From contig OZ037771.1 in NCBI GenBank assembly GCA_964035545.1, forward strand, positions 10,544,480 through 10,608,479: a DNA stretch of 64,000 bases. Reading direction: 5' to 3'. Numbering within the stretch: the first letter of the stretch is position 1; the number at the start of each line of letters is the position of its first letter. This stretch comes from Bugula neritina (Eukaryota; Animalia; Bryozoa). Below, piece after piece: positions 41,001-54,704 of the stretch. The notes below the pieces were generated by a model, which was not told where the DNA came from, ran no database searches, and was given only the letters and a program-made list of their open reading frames with translations. A program made the translations under genes and the position numbers.

Positions 41001-44000
41001 AGATATACTACTGAGTATATATAGATATACTACTGAGTATATATAGATATACTACTGAGTATATATAGATATACTACTGAGTATGTATAGATATACTACT
41101 CAGTATATATAGATGTACTACTGAGTATATATAGATGTACTACTGAGTATATATAGATATACTACTGAGCATATATAGATGTACTACTGAGTATATATAG
41201 ATATACTACTGAGTATGTATAGATGTACTACTGAGTATGTATAGATATACTACTCAGTATATATAGATGTACTACTCAGTATATATAGATATACTACTGA
41301 GCATATATAGATATACTACTGAGCATATATAGATGTACTACTGAGTATATATAGATATACTACTGAGTATATATAGATGTACTACTGAGTATATGTAGAT
41401 GTACTACTCAGCATGTGTAGATGTACTACTGAGTATGTATAGATGTACTACTGAGTATGTATAGATGTACTACTGAGTATATATAGATATACTACTGAGT
41501 ATATATAGATGTACTACTGAGTATATATAGATGTACTACTGAGTATATATAGATATACTACTGAGTATATATAGATATACTACTGAGTATGTATAGATGT
41601 ACTACTGAGTATGTATAGATATACTACTGAGTATATATAGATATACTACTGAGTATATATAGATGTACTACTGAGTATATATAGATATACTACTGAGTAT
41701 ATATAGATATACTACTGAGTATGTATAGATATACTACTGAGTATATATAGATGTACTACTGAGTATATATAGATATACTACTGAGTATGTATAGATGTAC
41801 TACTGAGTATGTATAGATATACTACTGAGTATATATAGATATACTACTGAGTATGTATAGATGTACTACTGAGTATGTATAGATATACTACTGAGTATAT
41901 ATAGATATACTACTGAGTATATATAGATGTACTACTGAGTATATATAGATGTACTACTGAGTATATATAGATATACTACTGAGTATATATAGATGTACTA
42001 CTGAGCATATATAGATATACTGAGTATATATAGATATACTACTGAGTATGTATAGATGTACTACTGAGTATGTGTAGATATACTACTGAGTATATATAGA
42101 TATACTACTGAGTATATATAGATGTACTACTGAGTATATGTAGATGTACTACTGAGTATATATAGATATACTACTGAGTATATATAGATATACTACTGAG
42201 TATATATAGATGTACTACTGAGTATATATAGATATACTACTCAGTATATATAGATATACTACTGAGTATATATAGATATACTACTCAGTATATATAGATA
42301 TACTACTGAGCATGTCTATGATTGAAGGTGTCGACAGGTGAAGAGGATGAAGTGGAAGTATTCGCAGCCAGGAGTAAACTATTCCGGATGGTTGAGGGAG
42401 AGTGGAAAGAGCGTGGTCTGGGAGTGTTGAAAATACTGAGACACAGAGAGAAGGGTACCCACCGCCTCGTCATGAGGAGAGAGCAAGTCCTTAAGATCTG
42501 TGCTAATCATTCCCTCAATGCTGGCATGAAGATGGCCAAGGTATGCACCTGCAGTGGTGTTCAGCTACATTCACTGCTACATTCGGCTGTGTGTTTACTT
42601 TTTCACCTACCTGAATGTATGCAGAATAAATAGTAAATGGAAGTTGGCTTTTCAATTGTGTTCCTCGGTTGTATATTTTAAAAGTTAGCCTATAATACTG
42701 CTTGGTTGGGGAGGGGCAGAGGGAGGGGAGAGCAGAAAGAGGGGCTCAGCTAATAATGATAGCCTATCCCTTCACGTTGACTCAAAAAGTACAAATATCT
42801 TCTCCCTCATAGTGGGCACTTTGTAGCTTATGTTCCTTTATGTCTAATCCGCAGCAATCTGATAAGACAAGAGTGTGGGCCGCCCAGGACTTCTCTGAGA
42901 ACGAGTTGAAGAATGAGACTCTGTTGGCTAAATTCAAGGAGCCGGCTATCGCCGAAGAGTTTGAAAAGGCTTTTACTGCAGCTGTGGAGTCGTCTGCCCA
43001 GAGCTCTAAAACCAACTCAAAAACTGGGGCTGCTAAGGTAGGGGAGGAATTTATTATCTCAATGTGAGAAGTTAGTTTAGCTCCGTACAGAACAAGTACT
43101 GTGCTGTCTGCTGTTCATCAGTGTGTGACTGTTGACTATCAACTGGCAGCTAGTCACTGTCCTCTGTACTGAGAGCAGCTGAGTTTCTCCACTCACCAGC
43201 TAATACTCTTACAGCCTCCTGGCAAACAAGTCGGTGAAAAGACCGGCCCCAGCCTATCAGAGCTCTTCAAGCCCGCTGAAGGCGAATGGAAGTGTGGCTC
43301 GTGCACAGTGAAGAATAAACCTGGTGCTGACACATGTGCCTGTTGTCAGGCTGCTAACCCGGCCAGCAAGGTATTCCCAGTATTTTACCTGGTAAATGTA
43401 AGAGAGGACAAATCATAAAGTTGTTGAGCTCTGACTAACATGGCTTTACGTGTTGGATTATAACTAATTGAATATCTCTCACAATGATTTCATTGGCTAG
43501 TAGTAACACTCATTTACTCTGTATTAGCCCAGTGAGTTAGCATACTTTCACTGAGCTTACAGTTCTAGTTTTGACTGGGCTAGTGTATTTCTCACGCATG
43601 TTAGACATGTAGATCACTGAATGATATTTCACATCTGTGCATTGTTTGCTTGTAGAATACTGGAGTTGCCTCCACTGCTTCGGATAAACCGGCTGCAAGC
43701 TCTCAGCCTTTTAGCTTCACGTTTAATCTGAAAGTCGGTCAAAACCAGGAGAAGAGCGCTCTGCCGTTGAATGACTTGAACAAGTCGACCAGCAACACCA
43801 GTGTGGCTGACAATAGTGCTGCCGTCCCAGAATCCCCCGGTGATTATTCACCCTGTCTCTCTAACCTCCCTTTACACTCTGTCACTACTATACATTGTCA
43901 CTACTTTATACTCTGTCCGTCAGCTGCTGCCAGCCAATGATGAGCTCTTATCCTTGCACTTTGAACCTTCAAGTTGCCACTTGAGGTCATGCAGATACAC

Positions 44001-47000
44001 TTGGCAGCCCAGGGTCACACGACCTCGTTGGTCAGACCATGGGCCTGAGGCTAGGCAAAGCAATGTGTCTACTTTTAATATTTGAATACTGCAGTTGAGT
44101 ATGTGTTAGTGTAGTCTATAGTGATGTACTGCAGGTAAATATGTGTTAGTGTAGTCTATAGTGATGTACTGCAGGTAAATATGTGTTAGTGTAGTCTATA
44201 GTGATATGCTGCAGGTAAATATGTGTTAGTGTAGTCTATAGTGATATGCTGCAGGTAAATATGTAGAAGAGGAGGGCGAAGGAGATCAGATTCATTTTGA
44301 ACCTGTGATTGAGTTACCAGACTTGATTGAAGTCACTACAGGAGAGGAAGACGAAGATGTACTCTACATTCACAGAGCTAAACTCTACAGGTAATATACT
44401 CTACACGTAATATACTCTACACATAATATACTCCATATGCACAGCTACACTTGACAGTGAAACGCTGCAGGTATGTTTGCTGTGAAAGGGGTTTACCTGT
44501 GTCACCATGCTGCTAGATTGGCACACTGAAGTTAGCCTGAGTAAGCATTAGTGTGCTACTGGTGTCTCTACTACTGTGTATTCAGAGCACTTCATAAGAC
44601 TAGTCTCTGGTGGTAATGGGTTGCAGTGATGGAGATGTAGTAGAACGGCCAGTGCACCATTCTAGTTGTATCTTGGATGAGCAAGTTGGGAGGGGGTACA
44701 CAGCTTGGAGGGGGTGCACAGCTGGGAGGGGTACACAGCTGGGAGGGGGTACACAGCTGGGAGGGGGTACACAGCTGGGAGGGGTACACAGCTGGGAGGG
44801 GGTACACAGCTGGGAGGGGTACACAGCTGGGAGGGGTACACAGCTGGGAGGGGTACACAGCTGGGAGGGGGTACACAGCTGGGAGGGGTACACAGCTGGG
44901 AGGGGTACACAGCTGGGAGGGGGTACACAGCTGGGAGGGGTACACAGCTGGGAGGGGGTACACAGCTGGGAGGGGGTACACAGCTGGGAGGGGGTACACA
45001 GCTGGGAGGGGTACACAGCTGGGAGGGGTACACAGCTGGGAGGGGTACACAGCTGGGAGGGGTACACAGCTGGGAGGGGTACACAGCTGGGAGGGGTACA
45101 CAGCTGGGAGGGGTACACAGCTGGGAGGGGTACACAGCTGGGAGGGGTACACAGCTGGGAGGGGTACACAGCTGGGAGGGGTACACAGCTGGGAGGGGTA
45201 CACAGCTGGGAGGGGTACACAGCTGGGAGGGGTACACAGCTGGGAGGGGTACACAGCTGGGAGGGGTACACAGCTGGGAGGGGTACACAGCTGGGAGGGG
45301 GTACACAGCTGGGAGGGGTACACAGCTGGGAGGGGTACACAGCTGGGAGGGGGTACACAGCTGGGAGGGGGTACACAGCTGGATGGGGTACACAGGATGA
45401 GTATATCTTCTGTAGATTCACCAACGGAGAATTCAAAGAGAAAGGGCTGGGTGATGTTAAGATACTGAGACACAAGACAACCCATAAAGTCAGACTACTG
45501 TTACGCAGAGAAAAGGTACTCAAGTTGGCCTGTAATCACTGGATAACGGCCGACATGAACCTAAAGCCCATGGAAAGTGCGGGTGGCAAGGCATGGGTGT
45601 GGTTTGCTGTGGATTTCTCTGAAGGAACTCAGGCTGAGGAACTGTTTGCCATCAGGTATCCTATAATCAATAATGGTTCCCTGTCTTTCAATTCTCCAGG
45701 AATGCAGAATTGTCAGTAACTGCAGCTTTTTACTGGTTGTTAGATTTCTGTTTTTTTCAGAAAGTGAAATTTTTCTTGGAAACTTCCTTTTCTCCACATC
45801 TTAAGTAGTTTGTTGAATTCTTCTCAATGCACTTGACTTACACCAAATTATGGCTGTGACTAATCATCTAGGAGCTGGCCATGTATCATATCACTCTTTG
45901 GGTCCAACCATAACTTTGCTCTTGTAGGTTTAAGACAGCAGAAATAGCCAATGAGTTCAAGGCTTGTTTTGATGCCGCAAAGGAGAACAAGTCTATACCA
46001 GAGCAGACAATCAAATCAGTGAGCTCCGAGACCCCAAAGAAAACTAGGTCAAGGCCACCCAGCGAATCACATCCGGCGTCTGCCAACAGGTGATTCTAAG
46101 TGTGCCATGTTGACCCGAGTGTGTGTTACTGTAGTTGTGTGTTGCTGTAGTTGTGTGTTACTGTAGTTTTGTGTTGCTGTAGTTGTGTGTTGCTGCAGTT
46201 GTGTGTCGCTGTAGTTATGTTGCTGTAGTTATGTGTTACTGTGGTTGTGTGTTGCTGTAGTTATGTGTTACTGTAGTTGTATATTACTGAAGTTATGTTA
46301 CTGTAGTCGTGTGTTACTGTAGTTACTGTTTTATTGAATGTTTCAACTACCTGACAGCTCGCCACTCAAGCCCCTCTCCACTGAAACACCCACCACTATT
46401 GCTTCATTATTTGGAAATACTTCCAACACCTCCAGTCACACCCCTTCCAGCGTATTCGGTACGCCTGCTGCTAGTTTCTTCAACACTAAGTCTTTGTTTG
46501 GTAACTCTGGATCCACAAACCTCTTCAGCACTCCTCTCACAGGCCATAAGCCATCTATGACAGTATTCGGTGACGGCAAGCCCAGCTCACTGCCAACTGC
46601 CAGTGTGTTTGGTGGCTCTCCCTCCAACAAGACCCCCGCCGCAGATTCCACTTTCTCGCCGACGGCCTCACTGTTTGGTAACGCTGCTGTTTCCTCCAAG
46701 TCTAAAATTCCGGTGTTGGGAGGAAAGTCTACCCCCGGAGCCATGAGCTCCTCGGAGAAGCCATCCGCTGCCACCCCCGGCAGCACCAACTCATCCATGT
46801 TTGGAGCCAAACCTTCTCCCCAGGCACTTTTTGGTGGCATTGGCGCCAAGGGCTCTGTGTTTGGAGGAAGTAAGAAAATGTCTGACGTGGGCCAAGTGTC
46901 AACTGAAGAAGTCCAGTTTGTCTGCGAGACTAAACCTGATGAGCTGCTGGTGAAGAAAGCACAGGAGTTTCTCCTGCCCAGTGGCTTCTACTTGTACGAG

Positions 47001-50000
47001 AGCAGGAAGCCTTGCAAAGGCTGTATTGGTAAGTATGCTAACATGAACTAACATGCTAGTAAAGAATTTGTTATAAATGATTGTGAATATTTCAATAAAG
47101 GCATGAATGTTTCTAATTCGAAGCCTTAGTTGCATTTCTATAGAAGGTTTGCCTCTCCTGATAGGTGATTGGTTGAGCACAGAGCTCTAAAATTCTCTTA
47201 CTGTCTCTACTTGACACGCCACTGTATTCTCCATAACCAGTGTATTGTCTGCATCATGTGACATTTCATCTATATATTAACTTGTTTAGGATGTGACGAA
47301 CACGTGGACGCCATATTGGACTACCTTTTTCATGGAAAAGAGTATACTAAGATATCTACTGTTCCCGTGACTAAGGCAAAGTCGCAACAACTCAAACCAG
47401 GTAACAATGTTGAACACTTTCGTAAGTCAATACAGTTAATGTGAATAGCCAGATACATTTCACCTGTGGTCCACTGTCTTACCTGCCATTTTAGTTCACA
47501 TAGACTACCTGTCATCTTGGTGCACCTGTTATCTCCTGTCATCTTGGTGCACTGTTTGTTTGTAGAAGCTGGTGAGGCCTCTGGGTTTGCTTCCTATGCC
47601 GAGGCCACGGACTTTTCCTCGTTTGGTTCTGCCAACAGCAACTCCAAAGCATTCCAAAAGAAAGAAGGTGAGTCTTGCTGTTTATACCTGGTTACTGCCC
47701 CCCCCCCTCCTTGTCGTTTGTTATTCTAGCTAAGAGTGCATAGTCCATCAGCAGGATTAAGGTGGACCAAGCCATTGCTAATTTTTTTAATAAGCAATGA
47801 ACATTACTTACCTGCTAGATAGGAGGTTTTGTTAGATTAGCATAGGCTTGCTTTACTTGCTTTACTCATGGTTGTTGTTACTATATACTCGTAATGTTCC
47901 AGTGGCTAAGGTTGTTACTATATACTCGTATTGTTCCAGTGGCTAAGGTTGTTGTTACTATATACTCGTAATGTTCCAGTGACTAAGGTTGTTGCTATAT
48001 ACTCGTAATGTTCCAGTGACTAAGGTTGTTGCTATATACTCGTAATGTTCCAGTGACTAAGGTTGTTACTATATACTCGTAATGTTCCAATGACTAAGGT
48101 TGTTGTTACTATATACTCGTAATGTTCCAATGACTAAGGTTGTTGTTACTATATACTCGTAATGTTCCAGTGGCTAAGGTTGTTGTTACTATATACTCGT
48201 AATGTTCCAATGACTAAGGTTGTTGTTACTATATACTCGTAATGTTCCAGTGACTAAGGTTGTTGTTACTATATACTCGTATTGTTCCAGTGACTAAGGT
48301 TGTTACTATATACTCGTAATGTTCCAGTGGCTAAGGTTGTTGTTACTATATACTCGTAATGTTCCAGTGGCTAAGGTTGTTGTTACTATATACTCGTAAT
48401 GTTCCAATGACTAAGGTTGTTGTTACTATATACTCGTAATGTTCCAATGACTAAGGTTGTTACTATATACTCGTAATGTTCCAGTGGCTAAGGTTGTTAC
48501 TATATACTCGTAATGTTCCAGTGGCTAAGGTTGTTGTTACTATATACTCGTAATGTTCCAGTGACTAAGGTTGTTGTTACTATATACTCGTAATGTTCCA
48601 GTGGCTAAGGTTGTTGTTACTATATACTCGTAATGTTCCAGTGACTAAGGTTGTTGTTACTATATACTCGTATTGTTCCAGTGACTAAGGTTGTTACTAT
48701 ATACTCGTAATATTCCAGTGACTAAGGTTGTTGTTACTATATACTCGTAATGTTCCAATGACTAAGGTTGTTACTATATACTCGTAATGTTCCAGTGGCT
48801 AAGGTTGTTACTATATACTCGTAATGTTCCAGTGGCTAAGGTTGTTGTTACTATATACTCGTAATGTTCCAGTGGCTAAGGTTGTTGTTACTATATACTC
48901 GTAATGTTCCAGTGGCTAAGGTTGTTGTTACTATATACTCGTAATGTTCCAGTGACTAAGGTTGTTACTATATACTCGTAATGTTCCAGTGGCTAAGGTT
49001 GTTACTATATACTCGTATTGTTCCAGTGACTAAGGTTGTTGTTACTATATACTCGTATTGTTCCAATGACTAAGGTTGTTACTATATACTCGTAATGTTC
49101 CAGTGACTAAGGTTGTTACTATATACTCGTAATGTTCCAGTGACTAAGGTTGTTACTATATACTCGTAATGTTCCAGTGGCTAAGGTTGTTACTATATAC
49201 TCGTAATGTTCCAGTGGCTAAGGTTGTTACTATATACTCGTAATGTTCCAGTGGCTAAGGTTGTTACTATATACTCGTAATGTTCCAGTGACTAAGGTTG
49301 TTGTTACCAACAATAAAGATACAAATGCTCACCATCAACAAAATATCTTCAGTTCAAGTCACACCTATTATAAAACAGGCCCAGTATCACATGGTGTGGA
49401 AACTAGCTACACACATTCATAGTAGGCCATATCTCTGACTCTCAACTAGTTGCTAGAGAGAGGAATAATGTAGACTGTATCATTTACTCCATGGTGTAGC
49501 ACCACCATACTCTCTGCACCAGAGGTTGGCGCGGGAAACATGATGCTCACTTGTACAGGTTATGAATTTCATGGCCATTCTGCAGATAATGGGTATCTGC
49601 AGATCTGCAGTATATGACCATCTGCAGATCTGCAGTATATGACCATCTGAGTTATTAGCTCATCAACTCAGCAAGCTACCCTCTCACCAAGTACTCTTTC
49701 TTCCTCTCTCAGGTTTCAAGTGGTCTGGTGCCGGACAGACTCTGTTTGGCGGCAGCTCAACCAAAGCTGGAAGTGCTGAAGATGATAATCCAGAAGCCTA
49801 CGAAGCAGAGTCCTCCTTCAAACCAGTTCTAGAGGTCTTGCCGGATCTCGTGGAGGTCAAAACAGGTTAGCCTTGTCTGTACACTGTTATATACTCTCTG
49901 TATACTGATATGTAACACTCTTTATATAGTGTTATATACTCTTTGTTTACTAATATATACTCTTTGTATACTGGTATATACTCTTTATATAGTGTTATAT

Positions 50001-53000
50001 ACTCTTTGCATACTGCTATATACTCTCTGTATACTGATATACACTCTTTGCATACTGATATATACTCTTTGCATACTGCTATATACTCTCTGTATACTGA
50101 TATATACTCTTTGTATCATCATGTTCAGGTGAAGAAGATGAAGAAAGGATGTTCTGTCAAAGAGCCAAACTCTTCAGATTCGACGACTCAACAAAACAGT
50201 GGAAGGAGAGAGGCATTGGCGACCTGAAGTTACTAAAACACCCAGCTAATGGTCAGCATATATATTATAATATTACCTCCTAGTATTGTCGCAGCATATA
50301 TATCATAATATTACCTCCTAGTATTGTCACAGCATATATATTATAATATTACCTCCTAGTATTGTCACAGCATATATATTATAATATTACCTCCTAGTAT
50401 TGTCTCAGCATATATTATAATATTACCTCCTAGTATTGTCTCAGCATATATATCATAATATTACCTCCTAGTATTGTCACAGCATATATATTATAATATT
50501 ATCTCCTTGTATTGTCACAGCATATATATTATAATATTACCTCCTAGTATTGTCTCAGCATATATATTATAATATTACCTCCTTGTATTGTCTCGGCATA
50601 TATATTATAATATTACCTCCTAGTATTGTCTCAGCATATATATTATAATATTACCTCCTAGTATTGTCTCAGCATATATATCATAATATTACCTCCTAGT
50701 ATTGTCTCAGCATATATATTATAATATTACCTCCTAGTATTGTCTCAGCATATATATTATAATATTACCTCCTAGTATTGTCTCAGCATATATATTATAA
50801 TATTACCTCCTAGTATTGTCTCAGCATATATATTATAATATTACCTCCTAGTATTGTCGCAGCATATATATTATAATATTACCTCCTAGTATTGTCTCAG
50901 CATATATATTATAATATTACCTCCTAGTATTGTCTCAGCATATATATTATAATATTACCTCCTAGTATTGTCTCAGCATATATATTATAATATTACCTCC
51001 TAGTATTGTCTCAGCATATATATTATAATATTACCTCCTAGTATTGTCTCAGCATATATATTATAATATTACCTCCTAGTATTGTCTCAGCATATATATT
51101 ATAATATTACCTCCTAGTATTGTCGCAGCATATATATTATAATATTACCTCCTAGTATTGTCTCAGCATATATATTATAATATTATCTCCTAGTATTGTC
51201 TCAGCATATACATTATAATATTACCTCCTAGTATTGTCTCAGCATATACATTATAATATTATCTCCTTGTATTGTCTCAGCATATATATTATAATATTAC
51301 CCCCTAGTATTGTCTCAGCATATATATTATAATATTACCTCCTAGTATTGTCTCAGCATATATATTATAATATTACCTCCTTGTATTGTCTCGGCATATA
51401 TATTATAATATTACCTCCTAGTATTGTCTCAGCATATATATTATAATATTACCTCCTAGTATTGTCTCAGCATATATATTATAATATTACCCCCTAGTAT
51501 TGTCTCAGCATATATATTATAATATTACCTCCTAGTATTGTCTCAGCATATATATTATAATATTACCTCCTAGTATTGTCTCAGCATATATATTATAATA
51601 TTACCTCCTAGTATTGTCTCAGCATATATATTATAATATTACCTCCTAGTATTGTCGCAGCATATATATTATAATATTACCTCCTAGTATTGTCACAGCA
51701 TATATATTATAATATTATCTCCTTGTATTGTCTCAGCATATATTATAATATTACCTCCTAGTATTGTCTCAGCATATATATTATAATATTACCTCCTAGT
51801 ATTGTCACAGCATATATATTATAATATTACCTCCTAGTATTGTCGCAGCATATATATTATAATATTATCTCCTAGTATTGTCTCAGCATATATATTATAA
51901 TATTACCTCCTAGTATTGTCTCGGCATATATATTATAATATTACCTCCTAGTATTGTCTCAGCATATATTATAATATTATCTCCTTGTATTGTCACAGCA
52001 TATATATTATAATATTACCTCCTAGTATTGTCGCAGCATATATATTATAATATTGCCTCCTAGTATTGTCACAGCATATATATTATAATATTATCTCCTT
52101 GTATTGTCTCAGCATATATTATAATATTACCTCCTAGTATTGTCTCAGCATATATATTATAATATTACCTCCTAGTATTGTCTCAGCATATATATTATAA
52201 TATTACCTCCTAGTATTGTCTCAGCATATATATTATAATATTACCTCCTAGTATTGTCACAGCATATATATTATAATATTACCTCCTAGTATTGTCGCAG
52301 CATATATATTATAATATTATCTCCTAGTATTGTCTCAGCATATATATTATAATATTACCTCCTAGTATTGTCTCGGCATATATATTATAATATTACCTCC
52401 TAGTATTGTCTCAGCATATATTATAATATTATCTCCTTGTATTGTCACAGCATATATATTATAATATTACCTCCTAGTATTGTCGCAGCATATATATTAT
52501 AATATTGCCTCCTAGTATTGTCACAGCATATATATTATAATATTATCTCCTTGTATTGTCTCAGCATATATTATAATATTACCTCCTAGTATTGTCTCAG
52601 CATATATATTATAATATTACCTCCTAGTATTGTCTCAGCATATATGTATATCATCATATATTATGATGATTTTCTAGGTACGGTTAGAGTCCTGTTGAGA
52701 CGCGAACAAGTACATAAACTGGTATGCAACCACTTAGTAAGTGCTGCCCTTGTTCTCGAGCCATTGGCTACATCTGAAACAGCCTGGTGCTGGAACGCTA
52801 CAGACTTCTCTGAAGATTCTGTGGACCGTGAGTAGATAACTCTGTCAGCTCTATATGCTGTCACGCTGCAGTATCTATAGCTACAGTAAATGGGTATTTG
52901 TTATTGTTATGTTTGGACATTAATTCTATATATCTATGGAATCTGACTGTAGGTTATTATAAATCTTTTATGTAAAGCAGTTATAAAGGTTGGCCAACCA

Positions 53001-54666
53001 AATATTATGATGCATAAAGTAACCTCAATAACTCGTCTCCAGACTACCGTTATGTTACTATATTGACTGAACATTGTATTGAAAATGCTAAAATCAAGCT
53101 ATTTTTTAAAAGATTCTTGTAAAGAACATAATTAGCTTTTCGTTGATGTGCATATTTTCTTATTTCACTTTATATATACTGAGCAAAATATGAATCCCCA
53201 GCAAAAAGTAAAAAATTATATATCTGTGGTCTCAAAGTTTTGATCATGGCTTAATGTTGTTCAACCAAATCACATAACGTAATGAAATTACACGACAGGG
53301 AAAGTGGAGCAGTTTGCTGTAAGATTCAAGAATATTGAGATAGCCAGAGAGTTTAAACAGAAGTTTGATGAGGCACAAGAGTACATGAAATCTGCACCAA
53401 AGAGTAAGAGTGAAACTGTCAGCACAGCTGCTGCCGATATAGCTGGCGCTGCCTCTGCTACAGGTATGCTATACCTTATTACTAGTAGCTACAGATATAC
53501 CTTATAACTAGTAGCTACAGATATACCTTATTACTAGTAGCTACAGATATACCTTATAACTAGTAGCTACAGATATACCTTATAACTAGTAGCTACAGAT
53601 ATACCTTATTACTAGTAGCTACAGATATACCTTATTACTAGTAGCTACAGATATACCTTATAACTAGTAGCTACAGATATACCTTATAACTAGTAGCTAC
53701 AGATATACCTTATAACTAGTAGCTACAGATATACCTTATAACTAGTAGCTACAGATATACCTTATAACTAGTAGCTACAGATATACCTTATAACTAGTAG
53801 CTACAGATATACCTTATAACTAGTAGCTACAGATATACCTTATAACTAGTAGCTACAGATATACCTTATAACTAGTAGCTACAGATATACCTTATTACTA
53901 GTAGCTATATTGAGTTTGAAAGGATAATTTGCTACATTTTATTTGCCAGAATCAAAAGATCCCATAGAAGCAGCAACTCATAACGGTGCTGCCTCAGATG
54001 AAGACAGCGATGACGACAGCGATGATGATAGTGATGACGACGATGATATCAAAGTGTTATTTGAGCGGCAAGTGACTCTGTTAGAGCTGCGGGGTATGCA
54101 GTTTGACGTAAGTATATAATATACAGTATGATGTAAGTATATAATATACAGTATGATGTAAGTATATAATATACAGTATGACGTAAGTATATAATATGCA
54201 GTATGATGTAAGTATATAATATACAGTATGATGTAAGTATATAATATACAGTATGATGTAAGTATATAATATACAGTATGATGTAAGTATATAATATACA
54301 GTATGACGTAAGTATATAATATACAGTATGACGTAAGTATATAATATACAGTATGATGTAAGTATATAATATGCAGTATGATGTAAGTATATAATATACA
54401 GTATGATGTAAGTATACAATATACAGTATGATGTAAGTATACAATATACAGTATGATGTAAGTATATAATATACAGTATGACGTAAGTATATAATATACA
54501 GTATGATGTAAGTATATAATATGCAGTATGATGTAAGTATATAATATACAGTATTATGTAAGTATATAATATACAGTATGACGTAAGTATATAATATGCA
54601 GTATGATGTAAGTATATAATATACAGTATGATGTAAGTATATTTGGTGTTGTGTATCAGAGTATTG

Positions 54667-54704
<38 letters not shown>

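Noticed and set aside
44592-45523. Long ORFs on both strands ([17 protein letters not shown] / [12 protein letters not shown] repeats)
   Set aside because: Produced by a stop-free 17/18-bp minisatellite in an intron; only 45416-45655 is a real exon.
38714-46849. Minus-strand Gly/Ala/Val-rich ORFs (159 aa and 137 aa)
   Set aside because: Antisense shadows of the Thr/Pro/Ser-rich FG exons of RanBP2.
40735-52645. Regular arrays resembling CRISPR
   Set aside because: Head-to-tail units without unique spacers, no cas genes, eukaryotic intron context.
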